Part shown: one piece after another, positions 1-11,057 of the stretch
How the letters are laid out: each line of letters opens with the position of its first letter
Numbering within the stretch: position 1 is the first letter of the stretch
DNA from: an uncultured delta proteobacterium
GTDB lineage: Bacteria; Myxococcota; Myxococcia; Myxococcales; Anaeromyxobacteraceae
Direction of reading: 5' to 3'
Assembly: GCA_963845515.1 (NCBI GenBank)
Contig: CAWJSR010000055.1
Coordinates: forward strand, 1-64,000
Length of the DNA stretch: 64,000 nt
Program-made: the position numbers and the translations under genes
The notes under the pieces: model-generated
Told to the model about the DNA's origin: nothing
What the model saw: only the letters and a program-made list of their open reading frames with translations
Databases searched by the model: none

Positions 1-49
1 GAGACAGGTCCATGGGAATCTCGTTCGACAAGAAGGTCGACGGCTCGGT

Positions 50-1127
50 CTGGCTGAATCTTCGAACATCCAGCCGACGGCGAAGCCGACGGAGCTGCAA
101 ACCCGCACCGACAAGTTGAAGGTCCTGGGCTTCGGCCGGGTGTTCACCGATCATGGCGATCGCGCGCGATGAGCACGGCAAGGGCTGGCACAGCGCCAGG
201 GTCGAATCCCCGCGGCAACTTCCCGCTCGATCCGGCGACCGCCGTGCTGCACTACGCGCAGGAAATCTTCGAGGGGCTCAAGGCCTAGAAGCGCGCCGAC
301 GGCGGCGTGAACCTGTTCCGGCCGGACGCCAATGCGCGGCGCTTCCGCGACTCCGCCGATCGCATGGCGATGGCGCAGTTGCCCGAAGACATCTTCATCG
401 AGGCGATCGAGCAGGTCGGTGCGCATCGACCGCGACTGGATCCCCGGCGGCGAAGGCAGCCTGTATCTGCGCCCGTTCATGATCGCCAGCGAGACTTCCT
501 CGGCGTCAAGCCGTCGGCCGAATACATCTTCTCGGTGATCGCCTCGCCGGTCGGCTCCTACTTCAAGGGCGGCCCCGCCCCGGTGTCGATCTGGGTGTCG
601 GACATGACACCCGCGCGGCGATCGGCGGCACCGGCGGCGTCAAATGCGGCGGCAACTATGCGGCCAGCTTGCGCGCGCAGGCCGAGGCGATCGAGCACGG
701 CTGCGATCAGGTGGCGTTTCTCGACGCGGTCGAGCGCAAGTACATCGAAGAGCTCGGCGGCATGAACGTGTTCTTCGTGTTCGACGACGGCTCGTTGTCG
801 ACGCCGCCGCTCGGCACCATTCTGCCCGGCATCACCCGCGACTCGATCATCGCGCTCGCGCGCGAGGCCGGCCGCACCGTGCGCGAGGAGCCGTACACGA
901 TCGAGCAGTGGCGCGCCGATGCGGCCAGCGGCAAGCTCAAGGAAGCCTTCGCTTGCGGCACCGCCGCGGTGATCTCGCCGATCGGCACGGTGCGTTCGGC
1001 GAGCGGCGACTTCACCATCAGCGGCGGCGCCGCCGGCGAAGTCGCGATGGGCCTGCGCAAACAGCTCGTCGACATCCAATACGGCCGCGCGCCGGACAAC
1101 CATGGCTGGGTCCGGAAGGTGTTCTGA
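50..1127 (+). CDS. ilvE: Branched-chain amino acid aminotransferase (frameshifted in this sequence; start approximate)
   Basis: Fragments across frames: GFGRVFTDH, LHYAQEIFEG(L)KA, LFRPDANARRF, SLYLRPFMIA, GGVKCGGNY, EELGGMNVFFV, ILPGITRDS, EAFACGTAAVISP. TGA stop at 1125-1127. Confidence 0.9.
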
Positions 1128-1160
1128 GCGTCGCTCGCGTTCGAGCACCACCTCACCGCG

Positions 1161-1202
1161 AGTCACTCCGGGGCGCTGACGAAGTCAGCGAACCCGGAAT
1201 TC
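1161..1202. repeat. Short Rhizobiales-type palindromic intergenic repeat (GTCAyTCCGGG...CCCGGAAT family)
   Basis: gtcactccggggcgctgacgaagtcagcgaacccggaatt: outer ccggg/cccgg arms and inner gctgac/gtcagc hairpin, downstream of ilvE. Confidence 0.5.
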
Positions 1203-1235
1203 TGGTAACAACCTTCAAATCCGACCGCGGCACAA

Positions 1236-1360
1236 CCTCTCCCGCTTGCGCGGGAGGTCGGATCGCGCAGCGATCCGGGTGAGGGCACTCCTCTCCGCGA
1301 GCATTAAGCTCACTGCCTGGGGCGCCCTCACCGACCCTCTCCCGCAAGCGGGAGAGGGAG
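1236..1360. repeat. REP-like composite palindromic repeat (CCTCTCCCGC..GCGGGAGAGG family)
   Basis: Two inverted CTCTCCCGC(TT/AA)GCGGGAG hairpins flank gggtgagggc...gccctcacc. Lies between convergent ilvE and mutL; a related copy is at 3901-4064. Confidence 0.75.
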
Positions 1361-1406
1361 CGCGCGGTGCCTGGGGCTGAAGCAAAGCGCTCCACGCGCA
1401 CGGCAA

Positions 1407-3195
1407 CTACCTCCGCCCGAACAGCTTCTCGATATCGGTCAGCGTCAGCTCGACATAGGTCGGGCGGCCGTGGTTGCATTGGCCGGAGTTCGGCGTCGAT
1501 TCCATTTCGCGCAGCAGCGCGTTCATTTCCTCGGGCTTGAGCACGCGCCCTGCCCGCACCGAGCCGTGGCAGGCCATGGTGGCGGCGACGTGCATCAGGC
1601 GGCGTTCCAGCGGCAGCGTTCGTCCCATTCGCCAATGCTCGGCGAGATCGCGCAGCAAATTCGCCGCATCGGTCTTGCCGAGCAGCGACGGCGTCTCGCG
1701 CACCGCCACCGCGCCGGGACCGAACTTGATCACCAGTCCAAATTTGGCCAGTTCCTCGCCGCGCGCAACTAATCGCTCCACCGTGGCCTCGTCCATCTCG
1801 ACGATGTCGGGGATCAGCAGGATCTGCCGCTGCACGCCGTTGGCATCGAGCGACGTCTTCGAGCCGTCGTAGACGATGCGCTCGGTGTGCGGCATGCTGA
1901 TCGACGACGATCAGCCCGCCGCGGGTCTGTGAGACGATAGAGGTTTCGTGGATCCCGCGTCCGCGCCGCGCCGAGCGGCGGACGGTCGAGCAGATCGGGC
2001 GCAACCTCGTGATGGCGGACATCCTGCTCGGTCCGCCGACGTCGAACGCCGCCTGCGGGCGCTCCGCAAACGACGGGGCGGCGCTGCCGCCGACAGGGTA
2101 GGACGGCGAACTGCGCCAGTCCCAATTCGCCGGCGGCGCCGACCCGGGCCGGAACGTCGAGATCACGCTGCTGGCGCTGTTGGCGGCGGCGCGCCGGCCC
2201 TCGCGCGCAGCTTCCTTGAGCGCATGCACGATCAGCGCACGGACGAGGCCCGCATTGCGGAAGCGCACTTCGGTCTGCTGGATGCACATTGGCATCGACC
2301 TCGCGCGAATCCAGCGTGACGAACAGCGCCAGCACCGGATGGCGATCGCGCGGCAAGTAATCGGCGTAGGCGCCACGCACCGCGCCGAGGATCAGCTTGT
2401 CGCGCACCGGCCGGCCGTTGACGAACAGATACTGCCCGAGCGCATTGGCCTTTGGTCAGCGACGGCGATGCGGCGAAACCCTCGACGACAACGCCCTCGC
2501 GTTCGGCGCGCACCTCGATGGCGTTGGCGCGGAAATCGGCGCCGAGAATATCGCCGAGCCGGATCAACTGCCCCGGTGCGCCGGCAGCGCCGCCGCCCAT
2601 GTCACCGGCGCGCGGTCTCGCCGGCGAGCGTGAAAGCGATATCCGGCCGCGCCATCGCGAGGCGCCGCACCACTTCGCGGTATCGCTTCCGCCTCGGTGC
2701 GGTCGGTCTTGAGAAACTTCAGCGCGCCGGCGTCGCGAAGAACAGGTCGGCGACTTCGACGCGGGTGCCCTGGCTCAGCGCGGCCGGCGCAATCGGCGTC
2801 TTGTCGCCGCCCTCGACGCGCAGCGCCCAGGCGTGCGGTTCGCGCGCGCGTCCGGCCGCGGGCAATGATCGAGAGCCGCGCCACCGCGCCGATCGACGGC
2901 AGCGCCTCGCCGCGCGAATCCCGAGCGTGCGGATCTGCAGCAAATCCTCGTCGTCGAGCTTGGAAGTGGCGTGGCGATCAACCGCGAGCGCGAGATCGGC
3001 CGCAGTCATGCCGCCGCCGTCGTCGGCGATCACGATCTTCCGCCGCCCGCCGCCGTCCGAGAAAATGTCGATGCGGCTGGCGCCGGCATCGATCGCGTTC
3101 TCGACCAGCTCCTTCACCACACTCGCCGGCCGCTCCACCACCTCGCCGGCGGCGATGCGGTTGACGATTGTTTCGGGGAGTTGGCGAACGGGCAT
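1407..3195 (-). CDS. mutL: DNA mismatch repair protein MutL (multiple frameshifts)
   Basis: N-terminal [55 protein letters not shown]; middle EVDANVHP; C-terminal [26 protein letters not shown]. Confidence 0.95.
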
Positions 3196-3283
3196 GCGGA
3201 ACCGGACGAGTTGGGAATAGAGGTAGACCGACCTTAGAGGAGCAGGCTGCCGGCGTCAGCTATCGACGGACGCTTTCCCCACT

Positions 3284-3367
3284 CCGTCATTGCGAGCGCA
3301 GCGAGCAATCGAGCACCGTGCACTGCGCTGCTGGATTGCTTCGTCGCTTCGCTCCTCGCAATGACGG
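3284..3367. repeat. Alphaproteobacterial palindromic element (CCGTCATTGCGAG...CTCGCAATGACGG)
   Basis: Perfect 13-bp terminal inverted repeat plus internal agcaatc/gattgct arms, between arfB and mutL. Confidence 0.75.
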
Positions 3368-3384
3368 CCGGTTGGCGGCGCACG

Positions 3385-3809
3385 TCAATCGTCGAAGCTC
3401 TTGCCGCTGCGGCCGGCCTTGATGTCGCCGCGGCGCTTCTTGCCTTCGAGGCGGCGTTTCTTGGAGCCGAGGGTGGGGCGCGTGGCGCGGCGCGGGATCG
3501 GGCGGACCATGGCTTCGCGATGAGGCCCGCAGCCGGTCGATCGCGTCCGCCTTGTTGCGCTCCTGCGTGCGGAAGCGCTGGGCGTGGATGACGATCACGC
3601 CCTCCTTGGTCATGCGGCGGCCGGCGAGATTGATGAGCCGCTCCTTCACAGCGGGGCATCTTCCGGCGAGCGCGATCTTGCTGGTGTCGAAGCGGAGCTG
3701 GGCGGCGGTCGACAGCTTGTTGACGTTCTGCCCGCCCGGCCCGGACGGACACGAAGCCTATCTCGATATCGTCCTCGTCGATCGCGAGATTGCGGCTGAT
3801 CCGCAGCAT
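3385..3809 (-). CDS. arfB: Alternative ribosome rescue peptidyl-tRNA hydrolase ArfB (frameshifted)
   Basis: SGPGGQNVNK (GGQ motif), AQRFRTQERNK and a basic tail RRATRPTLGSKKRRLEGKKRRGDIK when frames are joined. Confidence 0.9.
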
Positions 3810-3900
3810 GCACTAATACGGTTGATGCTCGCGCGGACCGCACGGCGCGCCGACTGTCGCACCGGGCTGATCGAGGGGATCCGCCTCGCGCCTCAGCGCG

Positions 3901-4064
3901 CTCCCTCGCCCCGCTCTTGCGGGGAGAGGGGTGGGTGTAGGGGCTCTCTCCGCGAGTTTGCAGCCGCTCGGCTGTGTGGAAGGCGCCCCCTCACCCGCCC
4001 GGCTGCGCCGGACGACCCTCGGGTCAAGCCCGAGGGCAGGCTCTCTCCCGCGCGCGGAGAGAGG
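3901..4064. repeat. REP-like composite palindromic repeat, same family as 1236-1360
   Basis: ccctcgccccgctcttgcggggagaggg ... ccctcaccc ... ccctcgggtcaagcccgaggg ... ctctctcccgcgcgcggagagagg. Confidence 0.7.
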
Positions 4065-4107
4065 TTACGCCGTGCTCGGGGTGATGGACCAAACGCTGGC
4101 GTCAGCG

Positions 4108-5484
4108 TCAGTCGCTCCGCGGCGGCGGCGGCGTGCCGGCCGGGTTCACGGCGTTCTGGATCCTGGCGGCGGCCTGGTGGTGCCGCCGACCACGACGGTC
4201 AAAGGCCGTCGATCACAGCCGGTTGGCGGCGCGCTTGGCGTCGTCCAGCGTCACCGCGTTGATCACGGTCGCCGCGATGATCGATGTAGTCGATCGGCAG
4301 GCCATCGTTCTGATATTGCAGCATCGCCTGGGCGAGCTTCGCCGACGTATCCAGCGACAGCATCTGCGAGCCGTTGAGGTACGACTTCGCTTCATCCAGC
4401 TCCTGCTGGGTCGGGCCGGGCTCGGCCATCCGCTTCACCTCGGCCTCGATCGCCTCGATGCTCTGCGTCGCGCGGTCCGCGGGGTGCCCGTGGCGCCGGT
4501 GAACAGCGCCGATGTCTCATCCACACCATCGACTTGTAGATCGAGTAAGCCAGGCCACGCTTCTCGCGGACTTCGCGATACAGCCGCGACGACAGCGAAC
4601 CGCCGCCGAGGATGTGGTTGACGACGCAGCCGGCCATGAAATCGGATCGTGGCGCTTGGAGCCCGGGCCGCCGAACATCACCACCGTCTGAGGCACGTCG
4701 AGCGGCACGAAGCTGTCTCGCCGTTGGCGGCGACGACGTCCGGCACCGGCGCGAGCTGTGCCTTCGCCGGCAGGCTGCCGAACGTCGCGTCGAGCAGCTT
4801 CGCAAGCGTATCGGCATCGACGTCGCCGACCACCGCGATCTTCAGCGTGTCCTTGGCCAGCACCTTGCCGACATAGGATTTCACGTCGTCGACATTGACC
4901 TTGGGCAGACTTTCGAGCCGCGCCCGTCGAGGGCCGGCCGTAGGGATGATCACCGGACGCGTACCTGCAGAAACTTGCGGCTCGCCATCGTGTTGGGATC
5001 GAGCGATCTGCCGGCGCAGCGTCGAGATCAGCCGCGCCGGATGCGCTCGACGTCCTTGGCCTCGAACCGCGCCGCGGTGAGCGAGGTGTGCAGCAGGCCG
5101 AACGCCTCGTCGCGGTTTTCCTTCAGCATGCGCAGCGAGCCGCGGAAGTAATCGCGCGTCACGTTGTAGGACAGCTGGATGGCACGGCGGTCGAGCCGCT
5201 CGTGGAAGGTCGCCGAATCCATGTCGCCCGAACCTTCGTCGAGCAATTCGCCACCATGTGGCCGACGCCGGGCTTGTCGGCCGGATCCTGCTGGCGCCGC
5301 CGTCGAACGAATACTCCATCGAGATCAGCGGCACGCGGGCATCCTGGACGAACGTGGAATGGACGCCGCCGGGCGTGACCAGATTTGGCATTCTTCGCTG
5401 CGGCGAGATCTTGGCGATGCCGCAGCGAGCGTCAGACTCGGCGATGACCGCCGCGCGGGTGAGGAAACGAACGGCGACGCTCAC
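4108..5484 (-). CDS. M16 (pitrilysin-family) peptidase, second (non-catalytic-type) subunit, frameshifted
   Basis: LDEGSGDMDS, LKIAVVGDVD, NHILGGGSLSSRLYREVREKRGLAY, GPTQQELDEAKSYL. GTG start overlaps the stop of the upstream M16 gene. Confidence 0.85.
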
Positions 5485-6235
5485 GAGCGCTTCTCCTCGG
5501 GCTTCGGCAGCGTGCCTTTGACCAGATAGCCGGTCACCGAGCGGTTGCGGTCGAGGAACTGCTGGGCGACGGCGCGCACCTCCTCGGCGGTGACGGCGCG
5601 GATCCGGTCGGCGAGGCTTGGATGTCCCGCACGGTGAGCCCCGGATGTCACCGCGGCCCCGTACCAGCGCGCCAGCGTCGCCTGATTGTCCTGCGCGTAG
5701 ATCGCCTCGGCGATCAGCTGCGGGTCTTCACCCGCTCAGGTCTTCCGAGCGGATCGGGTTGCGGACGATGTCGGCGATGACGTTGTCGACCGCTTTCTCG
5801 ATCTCGGAGAACTCGACGCCGGCTTCGGCGTCGCCGCGACGACGAACTGGCTCTCGTCGAGCGCCGTGCCCGAAGTGGGCGCCGACGCTGATCGCCAACG
5901 GCCGGTCGATCACCAGCGCGCGATACAGATATGAATTGCTGCCGCCGCCCATCAGCTGTGCCAGCACTTCCAGCGCGGCGCTTTCGCCCTTGGCGGCCGT
6001 ATGAGCCGACGGCACCAGATAGAGCGCCGCACGCTCGGCTGCTCGACGCGCGGATCGGCCAGGACGGTGCGCGGGCCGGCCGGCGTCGGCTCCTGCGGCC
6101 GCATCCGCTGCGCCGGGATCGCTGGCTGCGGCGGGATCGCGCCATAGATGCTCGATCATCGGGCGGTTCCGTTGCCTCGACGTCGCCGGCGATCACCAGC
6201 GTGGCGTTGTTGGGCGCGTAGAAGCGGCGATAGAA
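5481..6235 (-). CDS. M16 peptidase, C-terminal half only (cut at the junction)
   Basis: FYRRFYAPNNATLVIAGDVE, ALEVLAQLMGGGSNSYLYRALV, IRAVTAEEVRAVA, RSVTGYL. The N-terminal HxxEH half is absent. Confidence 0.85.
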
Positions 6236-6289
6236 GAACAGGAACTGAGCCGAGCAGCAGGCGCGCAGCCGGCGATCGCCATTCGGTCT

Positions 6290-8144
6290 GGCTGATCGGA
6301 AGCCCGAGCCCGGTCCCGCGGACCCGCCGCGTCCGGTCGTTCCGCGCCTGCTCGAACCGGTCGAGGATCCGCTCGAGGTCCGGCTCCTCGATCGGCTCGC
6401 CGGAGTTCCAGACGGTGATGGCGACGGCCGACGGGTAGTCGTCCGAGGCGAAGAGCCGGACGCGGATGGAGCCGCTCCCCGGCGTGAACTTCACCGCGTT
6501 GCTGAGGAGGTTGGAGAGGACCTGGCCGATCCGCTGGCCGTCGACGACGGCGCGGATCGCCGGGATCGGGCTCTCGAGCCGGAGATCGAGCCCCTTCTCG
6601 GCGGCGGCCCCGTGGAAGCGCTCGACGGCGCCGCGGACGAGCTCGTCGAGCGCGGTCGGCTCGACCTCCATCCGCAGCTTGTCCTTGGCGAGCCGGGACA
6701 GGTCGAGCAGGTCGTCGACCATCACGTTGAGCTTCTCTGCCGAGTCGCGCGCCATCTTCGAGATAGCGCGCCTGCTTCGGCGGGAGCGGCCCCGCGAGCC
6801 CCTGCAGGACGAGATCGAGCGCGCCGGTGATGGAGGTGAGCGGCGTGCGCAGCTCGTGGCTCACCACCTGGACGAACTCCTCCTTCCGCTCGTCGAGCCG
6901 CTTCTGCTCGGTCACGTCGCGCAGCACGACCGCCACGCCGCCGAGCCGCCCCTCCCCGTCGACGACGCGGGTGAGGGCCCACGCGAGGGTCCGATCGCGG
7001 ACGCGGACCTCCTCGCTGACGAAGCTGCCGCCGCCGCGGGTGCCAGCGAGCTCCTCGTGCATCGGGCGATCGGGTCGAACCCCAGCACCTCGGTGAGCCA
7101 GGCCGACCTGACCGGACCGCCCAGCGGCGCGCCGAGCATCCGGCAGGCGGCGGGGTTGGCGATCACGTCCTCGTCCCGACCCGGACGACCACGAGCCCGT
7201 CCGCCATGGCCTCGACCACCTGCTCCAGCCGCCGCCGCTCCCCGCACCGCGGTGGCGGCGAAGGCACCGAGCGCCTCGCCCATCTCGTTGACCAGGAGGT
7301 CGAGCACGCGGGCGTCCCCCTCGCCGAACGCCTGCGTGCCGGCGCACTCCACGACGACGATGCCCGTCGTCTTTCCGTCGACCTGCACCGGGACGGTGAG
7401 GCGAGACGCGAAGGCCCCGGCGGCGCCGTCGCCGCCCGTGCTCGTGACCTTCACCTGGAGGTCCCGCTCGGGCGCCACGCGGCCGGTGCGCTCGGTCCAG
7501 GCGGCGAGCGCGTCCTCGCGGAGCGTCAGGAGGGCGCGATCGGAGAGGGCCGCCACCGGACGCAGGACCAGCACCGGCGGCCCGGCGTCGGGGACGAGGA
7601 GCGCCGCGGCGGCGTCGCACATGACCACGCGTGGGAGGAGCTCGAGGAGCCGCTCCAGGAGCGCCTGCCTGCTCTCGGCGAGGCCGACGTCCCGCGCGAT
7701 CTCGGTCGCGACCTCTAGCGCCGCGATCCGGCGCTCCAGCTCGGCGTCGAGCCGCGCCTGCTCGCGCTTCAGCTTCACCTGCTCCAGCGCCCGCAGGATC
7801 GACTGGCGCAGGTCGACGTACTCCCAGGGCTTGGTCAGGTACCGGTAGACCTCCCCCTTGTTGATGGCGTCGATGATGTCGCGCGGGTCGGTGAAGGCGG
7901 TCAGGAGGATGACGCAGAGCCCCGGGCGCAGCCGCCGCGCGGCCGCGGCGAGCTCGATCCCGGTCATGCCGGGCATCCGCTGGTCGGTGACGAGGAGGTC
8001 GATGTCGCGGGCGCCGATGATCGCGAGCGCCTCCTCCCCTCCGGAGGCGGTAAGCGCCAGGTAGCCCTCACGCTCGGTGAAGATTCTCCTCAGGACGGCG
8101 AGCACCTCCGGCTCGTCATCCACGAAGAGTATGACCTCTGCCAT
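6290..8144 (-). CDS. Hybrid sensor histidine kinase (REC-GAF-PAS-HisKA-HATPase), frameshifted and C-terminally truncated at the junction
   Basis: [11 protein letters not shown]...[14 protein letters not shown]...YLTKPW receiver domain; [13 protein letters not shown]-box; [14 protein letters not shown]-box; [10 protein letters not shown]2 box, after which similarity ends. Confidence 0.85.
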
Positions 8145-8242
8145 CGCGCCCCCGGGGTCGCGATGCTCCCCGCCGACCCCCTCGAAAGATACCACGCGGG
8201 GTCCGGGCGCGGGCGCACCTACACCTACCCCGGCGGGTCCAC

Positions 8243-8272
8243 TTGCGGTATCGCGGTTCCGGGGACTATAAG
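8243..8272 (+). promoter_or_regulatory. Possible sigma70 promoter for typA
   Basis: TTGCGG-N18-TATAAG ending 27 nt upstream of the ATG at 8300; weak match. Confidence 0.25.
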
Positions 8273-8299
8273 GACCGCCCTTTTTTGAAAGATTACCAA

Positions 8300-10150
8300 A
8301 TGATCGCCCGCGAACAGATCCGAAACGTCGCCATCGTAGCCCACGTCGACCACGGCAAGACGACACTGGTCGACTTCATGCTGCGCCAGGCGGGGGTCTT
8401 CCGCGCCAACGAGCTGCTCGTCGAGCGCGTCATGGACTCGAACGACCTCGAGCGCGAGAAGGGGATCACCATCCTCGCCAAGAACACGGCGGTCACCTGG
8501 CAGGGGGTGAAGATCAACATCGTCGACACGCCCGGCCACGCCGACTTCGGCGGCGAGGTGGAGCGCGCGCTCAGGCTCGTGGACGGCGTGCTGCTGCTCG
8601 TCGACGCCGCCGAGGGGCCCCTCCCCCAGACCCGGTTCGTGCTCTCCAAGGCGCTCGCGCTGGGGCTGCCGAGCGTGCTGGTCATCAACAAGGTCGACCG
8701 GCAGGACGCCCGCGCGAAGGAGGTCCTCGACCTCGTCTACTCGCTCTACATCGACCTCGGGGCCAACGAGCACCAGATCGACTTCCCGGTGATCTACGCC
8801 ATCGCCCGCGAGGGGCGCGCGGCCCACACGGTGAAGGACGCGTTCGAGTCGCAGAGCCTGAAGCCGCTCTTCGACGCGATCATGTCGCACATCCCGGCGC
8901 CGCCGCCGGGCGAGCACGAGAGCCTCCAGATGCTCGTCGACAACCTCGACTACGACGACTACGTCGGCCGGCTCGCGATCGGCCGCGTCGCGTCGGGCGT
9001 GATCCGCGAGGCGCAGACGATCGCCGTCATCCGCGAGGAGGGGAAGATCGTCCCCGCGAAGGTGGTCCGGCTCTACGCGTACGAGGGGCTGAAGCGGGTC
9101 GAGGTGAAGGAGGCGGGCGTCGGCGAGATCGTGTGCATCGCCGGGGCCGAGGAGATCGGCATCGGCGACACCATCTGCGCCCCGGACATGCCCCTGCCCC
9201 TCCCGCGCATCAGCGTCGAAGAGCCGACGATGTCGATGGTCTTCAAGGTGAACGACGGCCCCTTCGCAGGGAAGGAAGGGAAGTACGTCACCAGCCGCAA
9301 CATCCGCGAGCGGCTCTACCGCGAGGCGTACAAGAACGTCTCCATCCGCGTCGAGGACACCGAGAGCCCCGACTCCTTCAAGGTGGTCGGGCGCGGCGAG
9401 CTCCAGCTCGCGGTCATCGTCGAGAACATGCGGCGCGAGGGGTACGAGCTGACGGTCTCGAACCCGGAGCCGATCCTCAAGGTCTTCAACGGCGAGACGC
9501 ACGAGCCGATGGAGATCCTGGTGTGCGACCTGCCGAACGACGCCGTCGGCGGCGTGACGCAGAACATGGGGCCGCGCAAGGGGCGGATGATCGACATGCA
9601 GCCGGTCGGCTCAGGCCGCACGCGGCTCCAGTTCCGCGTCCCGGCGCGCGGCCTCATCGGCTTCCGCGGCGAGTTCCTCACGCTGACCCGCGGCGAGGGG
9701 ATCATGTCCTCGTACTACGACGGCTACGAGCCGTGGCAGGGGCGGATCGAGAAGCGGAAGAACGGCGCCATCGTCGCCGACCGGATCGGCGAGGTGGTGG
9801 CCTACGCCGCCAACTACTGCCAGGAGCGCGGGGCGCTCTTCGTGAAGCCCGGCGACGCGGTCTACCCCGGCATGATCGTGGGCGAGCACAGCCACGAGGG
9901 GGACCTCGACTACAACATCTGCAAGGAGAAGAAGCTCACCAACATCCGCGCCGCCGGCCGCGACGAGAACGTGATGCTCACCCCGCCCCGCGAGATGGGG
10001 CTGGAGATCGCGCTCGAGTGGATCGACGAGGACGAGCTGGTCGAGGTGACGCCCAAGTCGGTCCGGCTGCGCAAGAAGGCCCTGGACCAGACGGCCCGCT
10101 ACAAGGCGGAACGGGAGAAGAAGAAGGGGCTGGGGGCGGTCGGGGGGTAG
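8300..10150 (+). CDS. typA: Translational GTPase TypA/BipA
   Basis: [85 protein letters not shown]. Confidence 0.97.
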   Translation: MIAREQIRNVAIVAHVDHGKTTLVDFMLRQAGVFRANELLVERVMDSNDLEREKGITILAKNTAVTWQGVKINIVDTPGHADFGGEVERALRLVDGVLLLVDAAEGPLPQTRFVLSKALALGLPSVLVINKVDRQDARAKEVLDLVYSLYIDLGANEHQIDFPVIYAIAREGRAAHTVKDAFESQSLKPLFDAIMSHIPAPPPGEHESLQMLVDNLDYDDYVGRLAIGRVASGVIREAQTIAVIREEGKIVPAKVVRLYAYEGLKRVEVKEAGVGEIVCIAGAEEIGIGDTICAPDMPLPLPRISVEEPTMSMVFKVNDGPFAGKEGKYVTSRNIRERLYREAYKNVSIRVEDTESPDSFKVVGRGELQLAVIVENMRREGYELTVSNPEPILKVFNGETHEPMEILVCDLPNDAVGGVTQNMGPRKGRMIDMQPVGSGRTRLQFRVPARGLIGFRGEFLTLTRGEGIMSSYYDGYEPWQGRIEKRKNGAIVADRIGEVVAYAANYCQERGALFVKPGDAVYPGMIVGEHSHEGDLDYNICKEKKLTNIRAAGRDENVMLTPPREMGLEIALEWIDEDELVEVTPKSVRLRKKALDQTARYKAEREKKKGLGAVGG

Positions 10151-10201
10151 CGGGGCCCTGTCCCCGAGGTGGACCGATCGCCGCTCGGCTGATATTCAAG
10201 C

Positions 10202-11032
10202 ATGTCCATGACCGTCTCCTGGCATCGCGCCGAAGACCTGGTTCGGGCCGTCCAGGCGAAGCTCGTTGACGTCGACGTCCTGCTCGATGTGGGGTGCGGC
10301 ATCTATCCACAGACGCTGGTGGTCCCGCGCGTCCACATCTGCTGTGAACCGTTCCCAGAGTATGTCGCGAACCTGCAGGCCGCCGTACGCGCTGGCCAGG
10401 CGCGCGCCGATGTCGTCCTTAGCCTCTCGTGGGCCGAGGCATTGAAGGCCCTGCCCGACAAGTCCGTGGACTCGGTCTTCCTGATCGACGTGATCGAGCA
10501 CCTCGAGAAGGCCGAGGGAGTCGTACTCCTCCGCGACACGGAACGGGTAGCCCGTCGGCAGATCGTCCTGTTCACCCCACTCGGCTTCATGCCCCAGCAC
10601 ATATCTGGTCCGGACGCGTGGGGACTCGGTGGCGGCGAGGTGCAGGAGCACCGGTCGGGCTGGGGCCCAGAAGACTTCGACGACGGCTGGGATCTCGTCG
10701 CTGCGCGGGAGTACCACCGTGCCGACGCCTTCGGAACGCGACTGCCGGAGCCCTTCGGCGCCTTCTTCGCCGTCAGGAACCTCGCCCCCCCATCCGCGGA
10801 ACCACAGAGGGACCGGGCGCTGAGGCGACTGTCCGCGGAAGGCGCGGCGATCGCCAACCCAGCCGTTCTTGCCAAGGCGCTCGACCTCCTTGGGTCCGCC
10901 CGCCGAGTCAACGTCCCGTGGATGCTTGCGCCGGCACAGGTGGCTGTCGACGCGCTGCTTGCCCTCCGCGACTCGTGGGCAGGGAGGCTCGCCCACAGGG
11001 CCCTTCTTCGCCTGCGCGGCGAAGCGGGTTAG
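10202..11032 (+). CDS. Class I SAM-dependent methyltransferase (glycan-associated)
   Basis: VLLDVGCG motif I, DSVFLIDVIEHL, HRSGW. Confidence 0.75.
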   Translation: MSMTVSWHRAEDLVRAVQAKLVDVDVLLDVGCGIYPQTLVVPRVHICCEPFPEYVANLQAAVRAGQARADVVLSLSWAEALKALPDKSVDSVFLIDVIEHLEKAEGVVLLRDTERVARRQIVLFTPLGFMPQHISGPDAWGLGGGEVQEHRSGWGPEDFDDGWDLVAAREYHRADAFGTRLPEPFGAFFAVRNLAPPSAEPQRDRALRRLSAEGAAIANPAVLAKALDLLGSARRVNVPWMLAPAQVAVDALLALRDSWAGRLAHRALLRLRGEAG

Positions 11033-11057
11033 CCCCTTCCCCTCCGCCCCCTGCGGC

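Noticed and set aside
1..6235. Horizontal transfer of an alphaproteobacterial mutL/ilvE block, or a cluster of pseudogenes
   Set aside because: Both genes at the junction are cut mid-domain, there are no mobility signatures, and error density changes at the junction. A chimera with sequencing indels is simpler.
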